A stretch of DNA of 64,000 bases from positions 29,169-93,168 of the forward strand of contig CACWHC010000003.1 in the NCBI GenBank assembly GCA_902760645.1. Direction: 5' to 3'. This DNA is from an uncultured bacterium. GTDB taxonomy: Bacteria > Cyanobacteriota > Vampirovibrionia > Gastranaerophilales > Gastranaerophilaceae. Shown in pieces: positions 47,142-57,296 of the stretch. Made by a program: the position numbers and the translations under genes. The notes below the pieces were generated by a model, which made no database searches, was not told the origin of the DNA, and saw only the letters and a list, made by a program, of their open reading frames with translations. Numbering within the stretch: the first letter of the stretch is position 1; every line of letters begins with the position of its first letter.

Positions 47142-48515
47142 ATGTATAATGTTGCAATCGTAGGTGCAGGACCGGCAGGGATTTTTGCAGCTCTTGAGAT
47201 TATGAAATTAAAACCCGAATGGAAGGTCGTTTTAATTGAAAAAGGTCAAAAAATCGAAAAAAGAAAATGTCTTTTAAGAGAAGGTTATGAAAAATGTCCT
47301 AATTGTAAAAGATGCGGTTTACTATGCGGATGGGGGGGAGCAGGTGCATTTTCTGACGGAAAACTGACACTCACTCCTGATGTTGGCGGACACTTATTGG
47401 ACTATATGTCAAGAGATAAAGTAGAAGATTTAATCAAATATTCTGATGACTTATATCTAAAATTCGGAGCAACAGAAGAAGTTTTCGGAACCGATTACAA
47501 CACATTCAGAGAACTTGAAAGAGAAGCTTCACTCGCTGAATTAAAGCTCGTATATTCGCCTGTAAGACATCTCGGAACTGAAAGAAGTCTTGATGTATTA
47601 AAAAATATGCAGGATTATCTTGATGAAAGGATTACAATAAGAAATGATGTTGCGGCAAGAAACCTTATTGTTGAATGCGAACAGGTAAAAGGTTTAATTC
47701 TGGATAACGGTGAAGAAATCAGAGCTGAATACACTATTATTGCACCGGGTAGAGAAGGTGCAGACTGGCTTACAAAAGAATTTAGCCAAAATAAAATCGG
47801 TATGGTAAATAATGCTGTTGATGTCGGGGTTCGTGTAGAATTACCGGCACCTGTATTTGAACCTATAACATCAAAATTGTACGAATCAAAACTGATATAT
47901 CATTCACCAACTTTTGGAGATGAAGTAAGAACCTTCTGTATGAATCCAAACGGAGAAGTCGTACAGGAAAATTATAACGGAATTGCAACAGTTAACGGAC
48001 ACAGCTATGCTGAAAAAACGACAAATAACACGAACTTTGCACTGCTTGTAAGTGAAAGATTTACTGAGCCGTTTAAAGAACCAATTCAGTATGGGCAGCA
48101 TATAGCAAGCCTTGCTAATATGCTGGCAGGAGGGATACTTGTTCAAAGATTTGGCGATTTGCTTGACGGCAGACGTTCAACTCCTGAAAGAATAAAAGCC
48201 AGCATACTAACCCCTACCTTAACATGTGCTACACCGGGTGATTTAAGTTTGGTAATTCCGTACAGACAAATGACCAGCATTATCGAAATGCTTTACGCAC
48301 TCGACAAAATTGCTCCGGGCACGGCCTCAAGATATACTTTATTATACGGTATAGAAGTTAAATTCTATTCTGCCAGAGTAAAACTAACAAATGAACTTGA
48401 AACCGAAGGGGTTAAGAACTTGTTTGCAATCGGTGATGGTGCAGGGGTAACAAGAGGTCTGATACAGGCATCAGCTTCAGGTATACATGCAGCAAGAGTT
48501 ATTTGCGGCAGATAA
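47142..48515 (+). CDS. FAD-dependent oxidoreductase (COG2509-like)
   Basis: SD gagagga upstream. VAIVGAGPAGIFAALE dinucleotide fold, Cys cluster CPNCKRCGLLCGWGGAGAFSDGK, and C-terminal FAIGDGAG. Confidence 0.8.
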   Translation: MYNVAIVGAGPAGIFAALEIMKLKPEWKVVLIEKGQKIEKRKCLLREGYEKCPNCKRCGLLCGWGGAGAFSDGKLTLTPDVGGHLLDYMSRDKVEDLIKYSDDLYLKFGATEEVFGTDYNTFRELEREASLAELKLVYSPVRHLGTERSLDVLKNMQDYLDERITIRNDVAARNLIVECEQVKGLILDNGEEIRAEYTIIAPGREGADWLTKEFSQNKIGMVNNAVDVGVRVELPAPVFEPITSKLYESKLIYHSPTFGDEVRTFCMNPNGEVVQENYNGIATVNGHSYAEKTTNNTNFALLVSERFTEPFKEPIQYGQHIASLANMLAGGILVQRFGDLLDGRRSTPERIKASILTPTLTCATPGDLSLVIPYRQMTSIIEMLYALDKIAPGTASRYTLLYGIEVKFYSARVKLTNELETEGVKNLFAIGDGAGVTRGLIQASASGIHAARVICGR

Positions 48516-48537
48516 AATATATCACACTTATAAATTG

Positions 48538-48572
48538 AAAGAAGAAGCATATTTCAGGCTTCTTCTTTTTTT
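48538..48572. terminator. rho-independent terminator
   Basis: aaagaagaagc / gcttcttcttt stem with a 9-nt loop and a T-run. It overlaps the queH stop region. Confidence 0.65.
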
Positions 48573-49138
48573 ACAATACTAAATTCACATCCGCAATAAT
48601 TTTGTCTGTATAATCCTAATTCTTTTGATAATTTATTCGTTTTTAAAAAACCGTCTTTCTTTTTAAAATCAATAGACAAATATGTTAAACCATACTCTTT
48701 GGCAATACGTTCACCAATTTCTGAAATCATTTGAAAATTTTTGTGAGGACTTATAACTATTGACGTTGTAAAATATTCATAACCTGATTCTTTTGCAAAC
48801 TCTGCTGTTTTGCGAAGTCTCAATTCAAAACATTTCACGCATCTTTTCCCCTTTTCGGGTTCTTGTTCTAAGCCTTCGGCACATCTATAGAAAGCGTCAG
48901 TTTCATAATTTCCAACAACAAGATTTACGTCTGAGTAATCACATAATGTTTTTTCTGCATCAAGACGTCTGTTATACTCATCAATGGGATAAATATTCGG
49001 ATTATAAAAATAGACAGAAACAAGATACCCCATATCTTTCAACAAAGATATGGGATAACCTGAACAAATTGCACAACATGCATGCAATAAAACTTTTTTA
49101 TTTTTTATCAGATTTGTCTGCATCATCTGATTTGACAT
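48554..49138 (-). CDS. queH: epoxyqueuosine reductase QueH (DUF208)
   Basis: VLLHACCAICSGYP near the N-terminus and YRQNYCGCEFS near the C-terminus. Start chosen at ATG 49138, which overlaps the upstream gene end. ATG 49126 and 49123 are alternatives. Confidence 0.8.
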   Translation of the reverse strand: MSNQMMQTNLIKNKKVLLHACCAICSGYPISLLKDMGYLVSVYFYNPNIYPIDEYNRRLDAEKTLCDYSDVNLVVGNYETDAFYRCAEGLEQEPEKGKRCVKCFELRLRKTAEFAKESGYEYFTTSIVISPHKNFQMISEIGERIAKEYGLTYLSIDFKKKDGFLKTNKLSKELGLYRQNYCGCEFSIVKKEEA

Positions 49139-50327
49139 TATCGCCTGCCTTTTTAATATCTTCAATAAAACTTGGATACGGACTAATACCAACCATTACT
49201 TTACCGTTAATGACCATGGTTGGAGTAGCATTCACACCGGAAGCATATGCTTCTTCAATATCCTTTTTCAATCTGGCATAAGTATCCGGGCTGCTTGCAT
49301 CATTCTGCAATTGAACGACATTCAAACCAAGATTTTTTGCAATAACTAAAATATCATCTTCCGTCGCAGGATGTTTTTCAAAGAATTTTGCATCAATATC
49401 CCAGAATTTATCTTGCTTTTCTGCAGCAATTGCATATCTTGCCATAGTACAGGAACCTTCATGGAAAGGTTGTTTTAAGAATTTATTACATTCTGTATCA
49501 AGCGGCAAATTCTTATGAACAACTTTGTATCCCTTCAACTCTCTGACCGCTTTATGAATCATAATATCAAATGCCCCACAGAACGGACAATTATAATCCG
49601 TATAGATATATATTGTTTTATCAGCATTTTTATCACCTAAATAATTTCCCGAAACTGCATATTTATTAGTTTTAGCATGAATAAACACTCCAAGTTCGCG
49701 GTGATACTTTACCTGAGGAGCTAAAACATTGGTAGAGCTTGCATAAGACAAACCGCCGGTTCCGAATAAAACAACAACTATCAAGGCAATTAGATAAGCT
49801 TTCTTTGATATTGCATCTTTAAAATCAGCTATACTTTGTTTAAAAGCTTTCATTAAACCACCACCTTTATAATCAATCGAAATCAAACCAATTAATAAAT
49901 TTAACACATAAGTAAATGCACATAATACACAAATTTTATTAATTTCAAATAAACTTACACATAGCAAGCACATTGAAACACAGAATGAAAATACACCTAA
50001 TAAAGCTATATAATCAAGCGGATTTTTAAAAACTTCCAAAAATCTGAACAGGATAAACTTTTTCAATTTATCTGCCAACAACAAAACCATTACAAAAACA
50101 TAAAAAAACATTCCCCACAACGCAAGAGGAACACCAAAGAACTGCGATTCAACAGTTCTTGCCACACCGTCACAATCTATCAGTTCATTAACCGAACAAA
50201 AGCTTGGCAATGCATACGGATTAAAATTAGCATCATAATATATTACTGCAAGTTTAATAGTAGTCAAAAATCCGATAAATGCGATAATGAATACCGCAAT
50301 TTTTTTTATTAAAACATTCTTTTCCAT
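49098..50327 (-). CDS. VKOR-DsbA fusion (vitamin K epoxide reductase family plus thioredoxin-fold domain)
   Basis: ATG 50327 follows SD aaggag. Loop cysteines CSVNELIDC, membrane CVLC, and the thioredoxin-like motif YNCPFCGAF in the periplasmic domain. Confidence 0.8.
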   Translation of the reverse strand: MEKNVLIKKIAVFIIAFIGFLTTIKLAVIYYDANFNPYALPSFCSVNELIDCDGVARTVESQFFGVPLALWGMFFYVFVMVLLLADKLKKFILFRFLEVFKNPLDYIALLGVFSFCVSMCLLCVSLFEINKICVLCAFTYVLNLLIGLISIDYKGGGLMKAFKQSIADFKDAISKKAYLIALIVVVLFGTGGLSYASSTNVLAPQVKYHRELGVFIHAKTNKYAVSGNYLGDKNADKTIYIYTDYNCPFCGAFDIMIHKAVRELKGYKVVHKNLPLDTECNKFLKQPFHEGSCTMARYAIAAEKQDKFWDIDAKFFEKHPATEDDILVIAKNLGLNVVQLQNDASSPDTYARLKKDIEEAYASGVNATPTMVINGKVMVGISPYPSFIEDIKKAGDNVKSDDADKSDKK

Positions 50328-50455
50328 ACAGCTTCTCCTTATAACAACTACTATTTTATACGGCATACAAGAATAAATCAATAGCTTAAAGTAGAATAAA
50401 TTTACACTTGAAAAAAAGTTCCCTATTAATTATAATAACGACAGAGGGCTTCAAA

Positions 50456-51205
50456 ATGAACCGAAACATTTTCAAATTATTTTTAAATAAATTTTTAGCT
50501 TATCCGCTATGGATAAAACAGGTCGTATACTACAGACTTTGGCAAAATATGCAGGAAAACGGATGCGACAAATACATCATAGAAAATGCCGGAGGATTGT
50601 TTGCTTTGCATGTTCCGACACTAACCTTCAAAGGTAAACAGGAACTATGGGATAAAAAGTGCGGCCTTGACAGCAATATATACAATTTTTTAAAGTTTTC
50701 GCATAACGGATACACAATTCTTGAAAGTTCGCTTAATCTGTTCATGTCTATAGAAGAATTAGCAAAATTATTCATTTTCTGTCTTGAACAAAACCTTATT
50801 GAAAAGCCCGAAGCTCCGGAAGCCTATGCAATGGCAGGCTTTATATCGGGTAAATTAATGACCGGCGAATATTTTATACTAAACGGAACCGTAACAGTTG
50901 AACAAATTCAGGAAGTTCTCGATGAACAATCTATAAAAAATTCAAACGGAAATCATATATTAATTGGGAATATGCTTGTAAAAAAAGGCTTTGTACCGGA
51001 GGAAACAATCAAAACATTATTCAAACTTAAAGCAGATGCCAAAAAGAGATTCGTTATAAATCCTGAGTTTTTACCTGAAAATAACGGAAACACGAAACCC
51101 GTATCTGCCTATGAAAAAGAAATTAAGACATTAAAAGAAGAAAATCAGGCTCTTAAAAAAACGATGGCTAAAATAGTAAATGCGGTAAAAACTTATGATA
51201 TTTAA
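50456..51205 (+). CDS. hypothetical protein with a possible T2SSE_N/MshEN-like segment and a C-terminal coiled coil
   Basis: ATG 50456 follows SD agaggg. TVEQIQEVLDEQSIKNSNGNHILIGNMLVKKGFVPEETIKTLFK resembles GspE N-terminal domains. This similarity is weak. Confidence 0.5.
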   Translation: MNRNIFKLFLNKFLAYPLWIKQVVYYRLWQNMQENGCDKYIIENAGGLFALHVPTLTFKGKQELWDKKCGLDSNIYNFLKFSHNGYTILESSLNLFMSIEELAKLFIFCLEQNLIEKPEAPEAYAMAGFISGKLMTGEYFILNGTVTVEQIQEVLDEQSIKNSNGNHILIGNMLVKKGFVPEETIKTLFKLKADAKKRFVINPEFLPENNGNTKPVSAYEKEIKTLKEENQALKKTMAKIVNAVKTYDI

Positions 51206-52145
51206 TTCCCCTGAAACAATTGTAAAATGTATTCGTGACGGACTTGTTGAGGAACAGCATTTCGGCTATCTTATGGTAATGAATAAGGTACATATCCTGG
51301 ACAGAGTAGGAGAAAGCGGCAATTATCCGTTTTATCTGCGTTCCTGTGCAAAACCGCTGCAAGCGTCATTAATGGTTGATTTCGGAATGATAGAACATTA
51401 TGGACTGACATCGGAAGAAATTGCACTTTGCTGTGCATCACACGCAGGAGAACAATGCCATACCGACATCGCTAAAAATTTATTAAAAAAGATAGGACTA
51501 ACTGAAGACGACTTAAAATGCGGGAAGCACAAACCGCTTTCTGTAACAGAACAGGAACGAATGCTGCTTGATAACGAAAACCCGACAACATTGCATAACA
51601 ACTGCTCAGGCAAGCATATAATGATGCTTGGATTATGCAAAATGCATAACTGGGATATAAAAACATACGATGAACCTGAACATCCGCTGCAGCAGTTTAT
51701 CAAAGAAAAGCTATATCAGCTTTGCGAATTAAAAAAAGAATATCCCGTAACCACTGACGGATGCGGAGTTCCAATATATTCAATGCCGTTACAAAATATG
51801 GGGAAAGGATACCTTAATTTATTCTGCTCAGAAGAATATTCACAAATTACACAGGCATTTCTGAACAATCCGTACATAATCGGAGGGGAAAACAGAACAG
51901 ACACAAAGATTATCGAAAATTCAGAAAACCTTGTGGCAAAAGTAGGTGCAGGCGGATTATGTATAGTGGTCAATATTGAAAACGAGGAATGTTTGATTAT
52001 AAAAGTTTCCGATTGTGATATGAAAGCAAGAGAAATCGCCGTAACAGACGCTCTCAGAAATTTACACTGGGCTAATATAGAAACAGACCATAAAATTAAA
52101 ACAAATCACGGCAAAATTGTCGGTGAAATTGTATCAGTATTATAA
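51195..52145 (+). CDS. asparaginase II family protein (PF06089-like)
   Basis: LRSCAKPLQA, CCASHAGEQCH, and NNCSGKHIMML are typical of the thermolabile asparaginase family. It overlaps the upstream ORF by 11 nt. Confidence 0.78.
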   Translation: MIFNSPETIVKCIRDGLVEEQHFGYLMVMNKVHILDRVGESGNYPFYLRSCAKPLQASLMVDFGMIEHYGLTSEEIALCCASHAGEQCHTDIAKNLLKKIGLTEDDLKCGKHKPLSVTEQERMLLDNENPTTLHNNCSGKHIMMLGLCKMHNWDIKTYDEPEHPLQQFIKEKLYQLCELKKEYPVTTDGCGVPIYSMPLQNMGKGYLNLFCSEEYSQITQAFLNNPYIIGGENRTDTKIIENSENLVAKVGAGGLCIVVNIENEECLIIKVSDCDMKAREIAVTDALRNLHWANIETDHKIKTNHGKIVGEIVSVL

Positions 52146-52184
52146 AATCAATGAGTTTAAAAATATTAATATCCCTTTACAGTC

Positions 52185-52213
52185 TTGAATTCTTTTTAAG
52201 TTTTATGTAAAAT
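52185..52213 (+). promoter_or_regulatory. possible sigma70-type promoter of clpC
   Basis: TTGAAT (52185-52190), 17-nt spacer, TAAAAT (52208-52213). Confidence 0.4.
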
Positions 52214-52253
52214 GTATATTATAACAGATAAGATAGAGATATAGGAGCAAATA

Positions 52254-54767
52254 ATGTTTGAACGTTTTACGGAAAAAGCAATAAAAGTAATAATGCTCGC
52301 TCAGGAAGAGGCTCGCAGATTGGGTCATAACTTTGTAGGTACCGAACAGGTACTGCTGGGTTTGATAGGTGAGGGAACCGGCGTAGCAGCAAAAACGCTT
52401 AAATCAATGGGGGTTAACCTCAAAGATGCAAGAGCAGAGGTCGAGAAAATAATCGGCAGAGGTTCAGGATTTGTTGCAGTTGAAATTCCGTTTACACCAA
52501 GGGCAAAGAGAGTCTTGGAATTATCTTGGGATGAAGCAAGACAATTAGGACACAATTATATAGGAACAGAGCATCTTCTTTTAGGATTAATCAGAGAAGG
52601 GGAAGGTGTTGCAGCAAGAGTTTTGGAAAACCTCGGAGTAGATTTAAACAAAATAAGAAGTAATGTTGTAAAAATGTTGGGAGAAACAAAACCGACATCT
52701 TCATCATCAACTTCAAGCTCAAGTTCATCTTCTTCAAGTTCAAGTTCATCTTCTTCCGGCAGTAAGCAAAAAACGCCTAGTCTTGATGAATTTGGGAGAG
52801 ATTTAACACTTGCGGCACAGGAACTCAGACTTGACCCTGTAGTAGGCAGAGATAAAGAAATTGAGCGTGTAATACAAATTCTTGCAAGACGTACAAAAAA
52901 TAATCCTGTACTTATCGGAGAACCCGGTGTAGGTAAAACCGCAGTAGCTGAAGGATTAGCTATCAGAATAGTAAATGCGGAAGTTCCTGATATTTTAGAC
53001 GGTAAAAAGGTAATTCAGCTTGATATGGGTCTGCTTGTCGCAGGTACAAAGTATCGTGGTGAATTTGAAGAAAGATTAAAGAAGATAATGGACGAAATTC
53101 GTCAGGCAGGAAACATAATTCTTGTAATAGACGAAATGCATACATTAATCGGTGCAGGGGCAGCAGAAGGTGCTATTGATGCTGCAAATATCTTGAAACC
53201 TGCCCTGTCAAGAGGCGAAATTCAGGTTATAGGTGCAACAACCCTTGAAGAATACAGAAAATATGTAGAAAAAGATCCTGCTTTAGAAAGACGTTTCCAG
53301 TCAGTTATAATTGACGAACCGACCGAAGAAGAATCTATCGAAATTCTGAAAGGGTTGAAGCAAAAATATGAAGAACACCATAACTTAATCATTTCTGATG
53401 AAGCAATAGAGGCATCAGTTAAATTATCAGCAAAATACATTACTGACAGATTTTTACCTGACAAAGCCATTGACGTAATTGATGAAGCCTCATCAAAAGT
53501 AAGATTAAAGGCATCAACCTTATGTCCTGAGGGCAAAGAGCTGGAACTTGAATTAAGAGATTTAATAAAGGATAAGGAAGATGCAATAAGAAATCAGGAA
53601 TTTGAAAGAGCTTCACAATTAAGAGATGATGAAGCGGACTTAAAGGAACGCATCAGAGAAGTTTCTCAGAAATATAAAGAAGAACATGAAGCTAACAAAC
53701 CGACTGTTACAGCTGAAAATGTTGCAGAAGTAATCGGAGCAATGACAGGTATTCCTGTTACGAAATTGACTGAGGGTGAAAGCGAAAGACTTCTGAAATT
53801 GGAAGATACTTTACACGCAAGAGTAATCGGTCAGCACGATGCTGTTGTTGCTATATCAAAAGCAATCAGACGTGCAAGAGTAGGTTTAAAGAGTCCTAAC
53901 AGACCTATCGGGAGCTTTATTTTCTCGGGACCTACCGGTGTAGGTAAAACGGAACTTGCAAAAGCATTAGCTGAAGCAGTATTCGGCTCTGAGGATAATA
54001 TGATAAGAGTAGATATGTCCGAATTTATGGAAAAACATTCTACCGCTAAACTTATCGGTTCTCCTCCGGGGTATGTCGGCTATGATGACGGCGGCAACTT
54101 AACGGAGCAAATCAGAAAGAAACCGTATTCCGTTGTATTGTTTGACGAAATTGAAAAAGCTCATCCTGATGTATTTAACATAATGCTTCAGATACTTGAT
54201 GACGGACGTTTAACAGATTCTAAAGGTCGTCATATCAATTTCAAAAATACAATTATCATTATGACATCAAACGTTGGTGCAAGTATGATTACAACGACAT
54301 CAAAACTTGGCTTCTCAACTTCTGATGATGAAACAAAAGATAAGTACGAAAAACTTAAAGAAACAGTTACTGAAGAAATGAAAAAAGCTTTCAGACCTGA
54401 ATTTTTAAATCGTATTGATGAAACTATTGTATTCTCACATCTTTCAAAAGAAGAAATCAGACAAATCGTAGATTTGATGTTGAAAGACCTGTTCAAACGT
54501 TTGGATGAAAAAGAATTAAAGGTTGAAGTAACAGATGAAGTAAAAGATCATCTTGCAGAATCAGGATATTCCGAAGCTTACGGTGCAAGACCTTTAAGAA
54601 GATTAATTCAGCGTAAAATTGAAGATATGCTTGCGGAAGAAATCTTGTCCGGCAAATATCAGGCAGGTGACACTATTCGCTTAGTTCTGAATGACGGTAA
54701 AATTGCCTGCGAAAAAGGTACTAAGAGAAAAACCAAAACCAAAGAAGAAGCAACGGCAGAAGCATAA
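52254..54767 (+). CDS. clpC: ClpC-type AAA+ chaperone
   Basis: [37 protein letters not shown] opens a duplicated Clp-N repeat. There are two AAA+ modules and a short UVR-like linker [19 protein letters not shown] poly-Ser insert follows the N-domain. Confidence 0.93.
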   Translation: MFERFTEKAIKVIMLAQEEARRLGHNFVGTEQVLLGLIGEGTGVAAKTLKSMGVNLKDARAEVEKIIGRGSGFVAVEIPFTPRAKRVLELSWDEARQLGHNYIGTEHLLLGLIREGEGVAARVLENLGVDLNKIRSNVVKMLGETKPTSSSSTSSSSSSSSSSSSSSSGSKQKTPSLDEFGRDLTLAAQELRLDPVVGRDKEIERVIQILARRTKNNPVLIGEPGVGKTAVAEGLAIRIVNAEVPDILDGKKVIQLDMGLLVAGTKYRGEFEERLKKIMDEIRQAGNIILVIDEMHTLIGAGAAEGAIDAANILKPALSRGEIQVIGATTLEEYRKYVEKDPALERRFQSVIIDEPTEEESIEILKGLKQKYEEHHNLIISDEAIEASVKLSAKYITDRFLPDKAIDVIDEASSKVRLKASTLCPEGKELELELRDLIKDKEDAIRNQEFERASQLRDDEADLKERIREVSQKYKEEHEANKPTVTAENVAEVIGAMTGIPVTKLTEGESERLLKLEDTLHARVIGQHDAVVAISKAIRRARVGLKSPNRPIGSFIFSGPTGVGKTELAKALAEAVFGSEDNMIRVDMSEFMEKHSTAKLIGSPPGYVGYDDGGNLTEQIRKKPYSVVLFDEIEKAHPDVFNIMLQILDDGRLTDSKGRHINFKNTIIIMTSNVGASMITTTSKLGFSTSDDETKDKYEKLKETVTEEMKKAFRPEFLNRIDETIVFSHLSKEEIRQIVDLMLKDLFKRLDEKELKVEVTDEVKDHLAESGYSEAYGARPLRRLIQRKIEDMLAEEILSGKYQAGDTIRLVLNDGKIACEKGTKRKTKTKEEATAEA
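52698..52757 (+). repeat. in-frame Ser-codon repeat inside clpC
   Basis: 20 codons encode [20 protein letters not shown] using mixed TCN and AGY codons. They include a near-duplicated 21-nt unit (agctcaagttcatcttcttca / agttcaagttcatcttcttcc). Confidence 0.85.
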
Positions 54768-54788
54768 ACTTCATAAACAAATATACAA

Positions 54789-54818
54789 AAAGCACTCCTT
54801 AAAAAGGGTGCTTTTTTA
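54789..54818. terminator. rho-independent terminator after clpC
   Basis: aagcac(t)cc / gggtgctt stem with an A-rich loop, followed by a T-run. Confidence 0.6.
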
Positions 54819-55736
54819 TTTCGTAAAATTATAATCTATAATCTTAAACATAGAATCAATTATCAAACAATACGGCGTATCAATATTATGTTTTTTGCTA
54901 AGTTCTACAACAGTAGAAGCGAATATTTCATTTTCGGTTTTTCTGCCTGCTTCAACATCCTGCAGCATAGATGTTCTGCCTTCCGAGCACATTTTATCCA
55001 AACAGTTCAGAGCATCATCAACCAATGTTTCAGGGCTATTAACCCCTTCTGCCTGTGCTATAAGCTGAACTTCCTTCATAATTTTTATAACCAAATCCAT
55101 ATGCAAAGGATTAGACAACATTTGTCCAAAATTAACTCTAAATAAAGCGGTAGTAGAATTTGAAGAAACATTCAACATAAACTTTGTCCACAAGGAATGC
55201 CTTATATCCTCGGGTATTTCGTAATTAATATTGTATTTATCAAACAAATTTTTTACTCTTAAAACATTTAATTTATCATCTTCACAGTCAGAACCGAAAA
55301 CAATTGTATTAACGCCGTCATGGGAAACTTTATTGCCGCTACGGACAGAACTGTGACCTATAAAATAAGAATACAAAACCTTATCTCTGCCATAATATTT
55401 TGCGGCAATTTCTTCACTCAAAACACCATTTAGCAGGGATAAAATTACGGTATCATCAGACACAAAATTTTTAATTTCAGACAGAGCGCCCTCAAATCCC
55501 GGCATTTTTGTTGCAATAATAACTAAATCCGCTTTAAAATTCATATCACAATGCAGGATATACCTTAAATCAAGCTTATTGCCGTTAAACAAAATCGGAT
55601 TAGAAGAATAACGATTAAGCCTTTCTTCATCAACAAGCACTCTGAAATTAATATCAGGAATTTTGCTGAAAATATCTGCATAGATTGAACCGATAGCTCC
55701 GCAACCGCATAAAATTATATTTTTGATTTCTTTCAT
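54816..55736 (-). CDS. panE: 2-dehydropantoate 2-reductase (ketopantoate reductase family)
   Basis: N-terminal IILCGCGAIGSIYA Rossmann motif, and TSMLQDVEAGRKTE in the C-terminal domain. ATG 55736 is preferred; the longer ORF runs to 55754. Confidence 0.78.
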   Translation of the reverse strand: MKEIKNIILCGCGAIGSIYADIFSKIPDINFRVLVDEERLNRYSSNPILFNGNKLDLRYILHCDMNFKADLVIIATKMPGFEGALSEIKNFVSDDTVILSLLNGVLSEEIAAKYYGRDKVLYSYFIGHSSVRSGNKVSHDGVNTIVFGSDCEDDKLNVLRVKNLFDKYNINYEIPEDIRHSLWTKFMLNVSSNSTTALFRVNFGQMLSNPLHMDLVIKIMKEVQLIAQAEGVNSPETLVDDALNCLDKMCSEGRTSMLQDVEAGRKTENEIFASTVVELSKKHNIDTPYCLIIDSMFKIIDYNFTK

Positions 55737-55840
55737 AAAAAGAGTATAGCACATAATTTTAATAATTATTTACAGAAAAGTAAATTATTTGAACAAAAAA
55801 TACTTTATATAAGTGTGTAGTGTAATAAATTGGTGTGTAT

Positions 55841-56635
55841 ATGCTTTTTAGTGTAAACAGATTTCCATATTTTGGCTCGGTTGCACCCTTAGCCCCTGTA
55901 AATACGCAGCCGCAGGATAACCGTGGCATAAAATTCAAAAACCAATATGACAGCTTTGAAAGTACTAATCCGAAACGCTATACAACAGAACAGAGTATAC
56001 GCAGATTATCGGAAAACAATTACAAATTACAAAAAATATTAAAATCGGCAGGAATAGAATACAGGCTTAATATGGAGGATTTGGGCAAAACCCTTGACGG
56101 TCACTGCTCAGACACGGTAAACATAGCAGAGGGAATCGTAAGAAATCTGCCGTTTGCACTTGAAACAAAAGCAGATATAAATGCCATAAGGGATGCTGCA
56201 TACTTACATGACATCGGGAAAGTATTCATTCCGACAGAAATACTCAACAAAAACGGAAAACTTGATGAAAATGAAACGGAAATCGTACATAAGCATGCCG
56301 AACTGGGATATGAACTTTTAAAGAACACAAATATCAACCCCAAAACGTTGCAGCTCATAAGAAATCATCACCAAAACGCACAAAAAACAGGCTATCCGAA
56401 AGTAGATAAGAATTTTTATGCGGATTTAGATCTGCAAATTCTGTCTATTGCAGATAAATACTCAGCATTAACAGAGGAACGACCCTATAAAAAACCACTC
56501 ACAAGAGAACAGGCTCTAACGATTATACGTCCTGATGTTCGCAAGGGCAAAATTAATCCGCTCGTGTATAATGCACTTGTAAACTATACGGACGAGGTTG
56601 CTCTTAATAAAGAAGCTTTGAAACAGGCAGGATAA
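55841..56635 (+). CDS. stand-alone HD-GYP domain protein
   Basis: AAYLHDIGKVFIP, HKHAELGYELL, and IRNHHQNAQKTGYPK. There is no receiver or sensor domain, only an N-terminal leader of about 85 aa. GTG 55835 is an alternative start. Confidence 0.78.
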   Translation: MLFSVNRFPYFGSVAPLAPVNTQPQDNRGIKFKNQYDSFESTNPKRYTTEQSIRRLSENNYKLQKILKSAGIEYRLNMEDLGKTLDGHCSDTVNIAEGIVRNLPFALETKADINAIRDAAYLHDIGKVFIPTEILNKNGKLDENETEIVHKHAELGYELLKNTNINPKTLQLIRNHHQNAQKTGYPKVDKNFYADLDLQILSIADKYSALTEERPYKKPLTREQALTIIRPDVRKGKINPLVYNALVNYTDEVALNKEALKQAG

Positions 56636-56735
56636 AGCTATTTTAAAATTTACAAACTTTTGTTAAAAATTTGCCAAAATTCATGACAAAAAAACATGCT
56701 TGTCATAACATATATTTATCAGCAGGAGGTTAGTT

Positions 56736-57215
56736 TTGATAGAAGAACTTATAGACAAGAAATCGGGGTTTGATATAACATCAAAAAGTGCATTATCGCA
56801 TCAGGAAGATCCGTTTACATCACGTTCGCATGCTGCAATGCTTGCAAAAAATGATGTGCCGTATTCTCATAAAAAAGTTGCCGATAATTATACTGTCATT
56901 AAAAAAATATATAAGTTTCAGGCTGTACAAAGCCGTATTACACCTGTTGATAAAGAATTGTTATCAAAATACGATTTCAGCACGTTAGAATACACCACAG
57001 CAAAACAAATGTATGATGAACTTGCACTGCTTCAGGACTGGTCAACTTCAAAAGATACCGAGCTCAGAGCTGATGCAGATAAAATCATGGAAATCAGAGC
57101 AAAAGAACTCAAATTCATTGATGCAAACTGCTACGCAACAATTTCAAACGAAATATACAAGGGTTATATAGCACTTGCTCGCTATTTTGAAGAAATAAGC
57201 AAGTTTAAAAATTAG
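56736..57215 (+). CDS. hypothetical protein
   Basis: TTG start 6 nt after a strong SD aggagg. 159 aa with no recognisable motif. Confidence 0.5.
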   Translation: MIEELIDKKSGFDITSKSALSHQEDPFTSRSHAAMLAKNDVPYSHKKVADNYTVIKKIYKFQAVQSRITPVDKELLSKYDFSTLEYTTAKQMYDELALLQDWSTSKDTELRADADKIMEIRAKELKFIDANCYATISNEIYKGYIALARYFEEISKFKN

Positions 57216-57242
57216 TATAGAATAAGGTTTACAGATGGATAC

Positions 57243-57278
57243 AAAAAAAAGGATTGAATTTTAGTTCAATCCTTTTTT
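57243..57278. terminator. bidirectional rho-independent terminator
   Basis: A8 run, stem ggattgaa / ttcaatcc, then T6 run. It lies between convergent genes. Confidence 0.75.
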
Positions 57279-57296
57279 AATTTAATTATCTAAAGC

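Noticed and set aside
54789-54818. AGCACTC in the clpC terminator resembling a CIRCE half-site
   Set aside because: Only one half-site is present, it lies downstream of the gene, and it forms the terminator stem. No TTAGCACTC-N9-GAGTGCTAA element occurs upstream of clpB or clpC.
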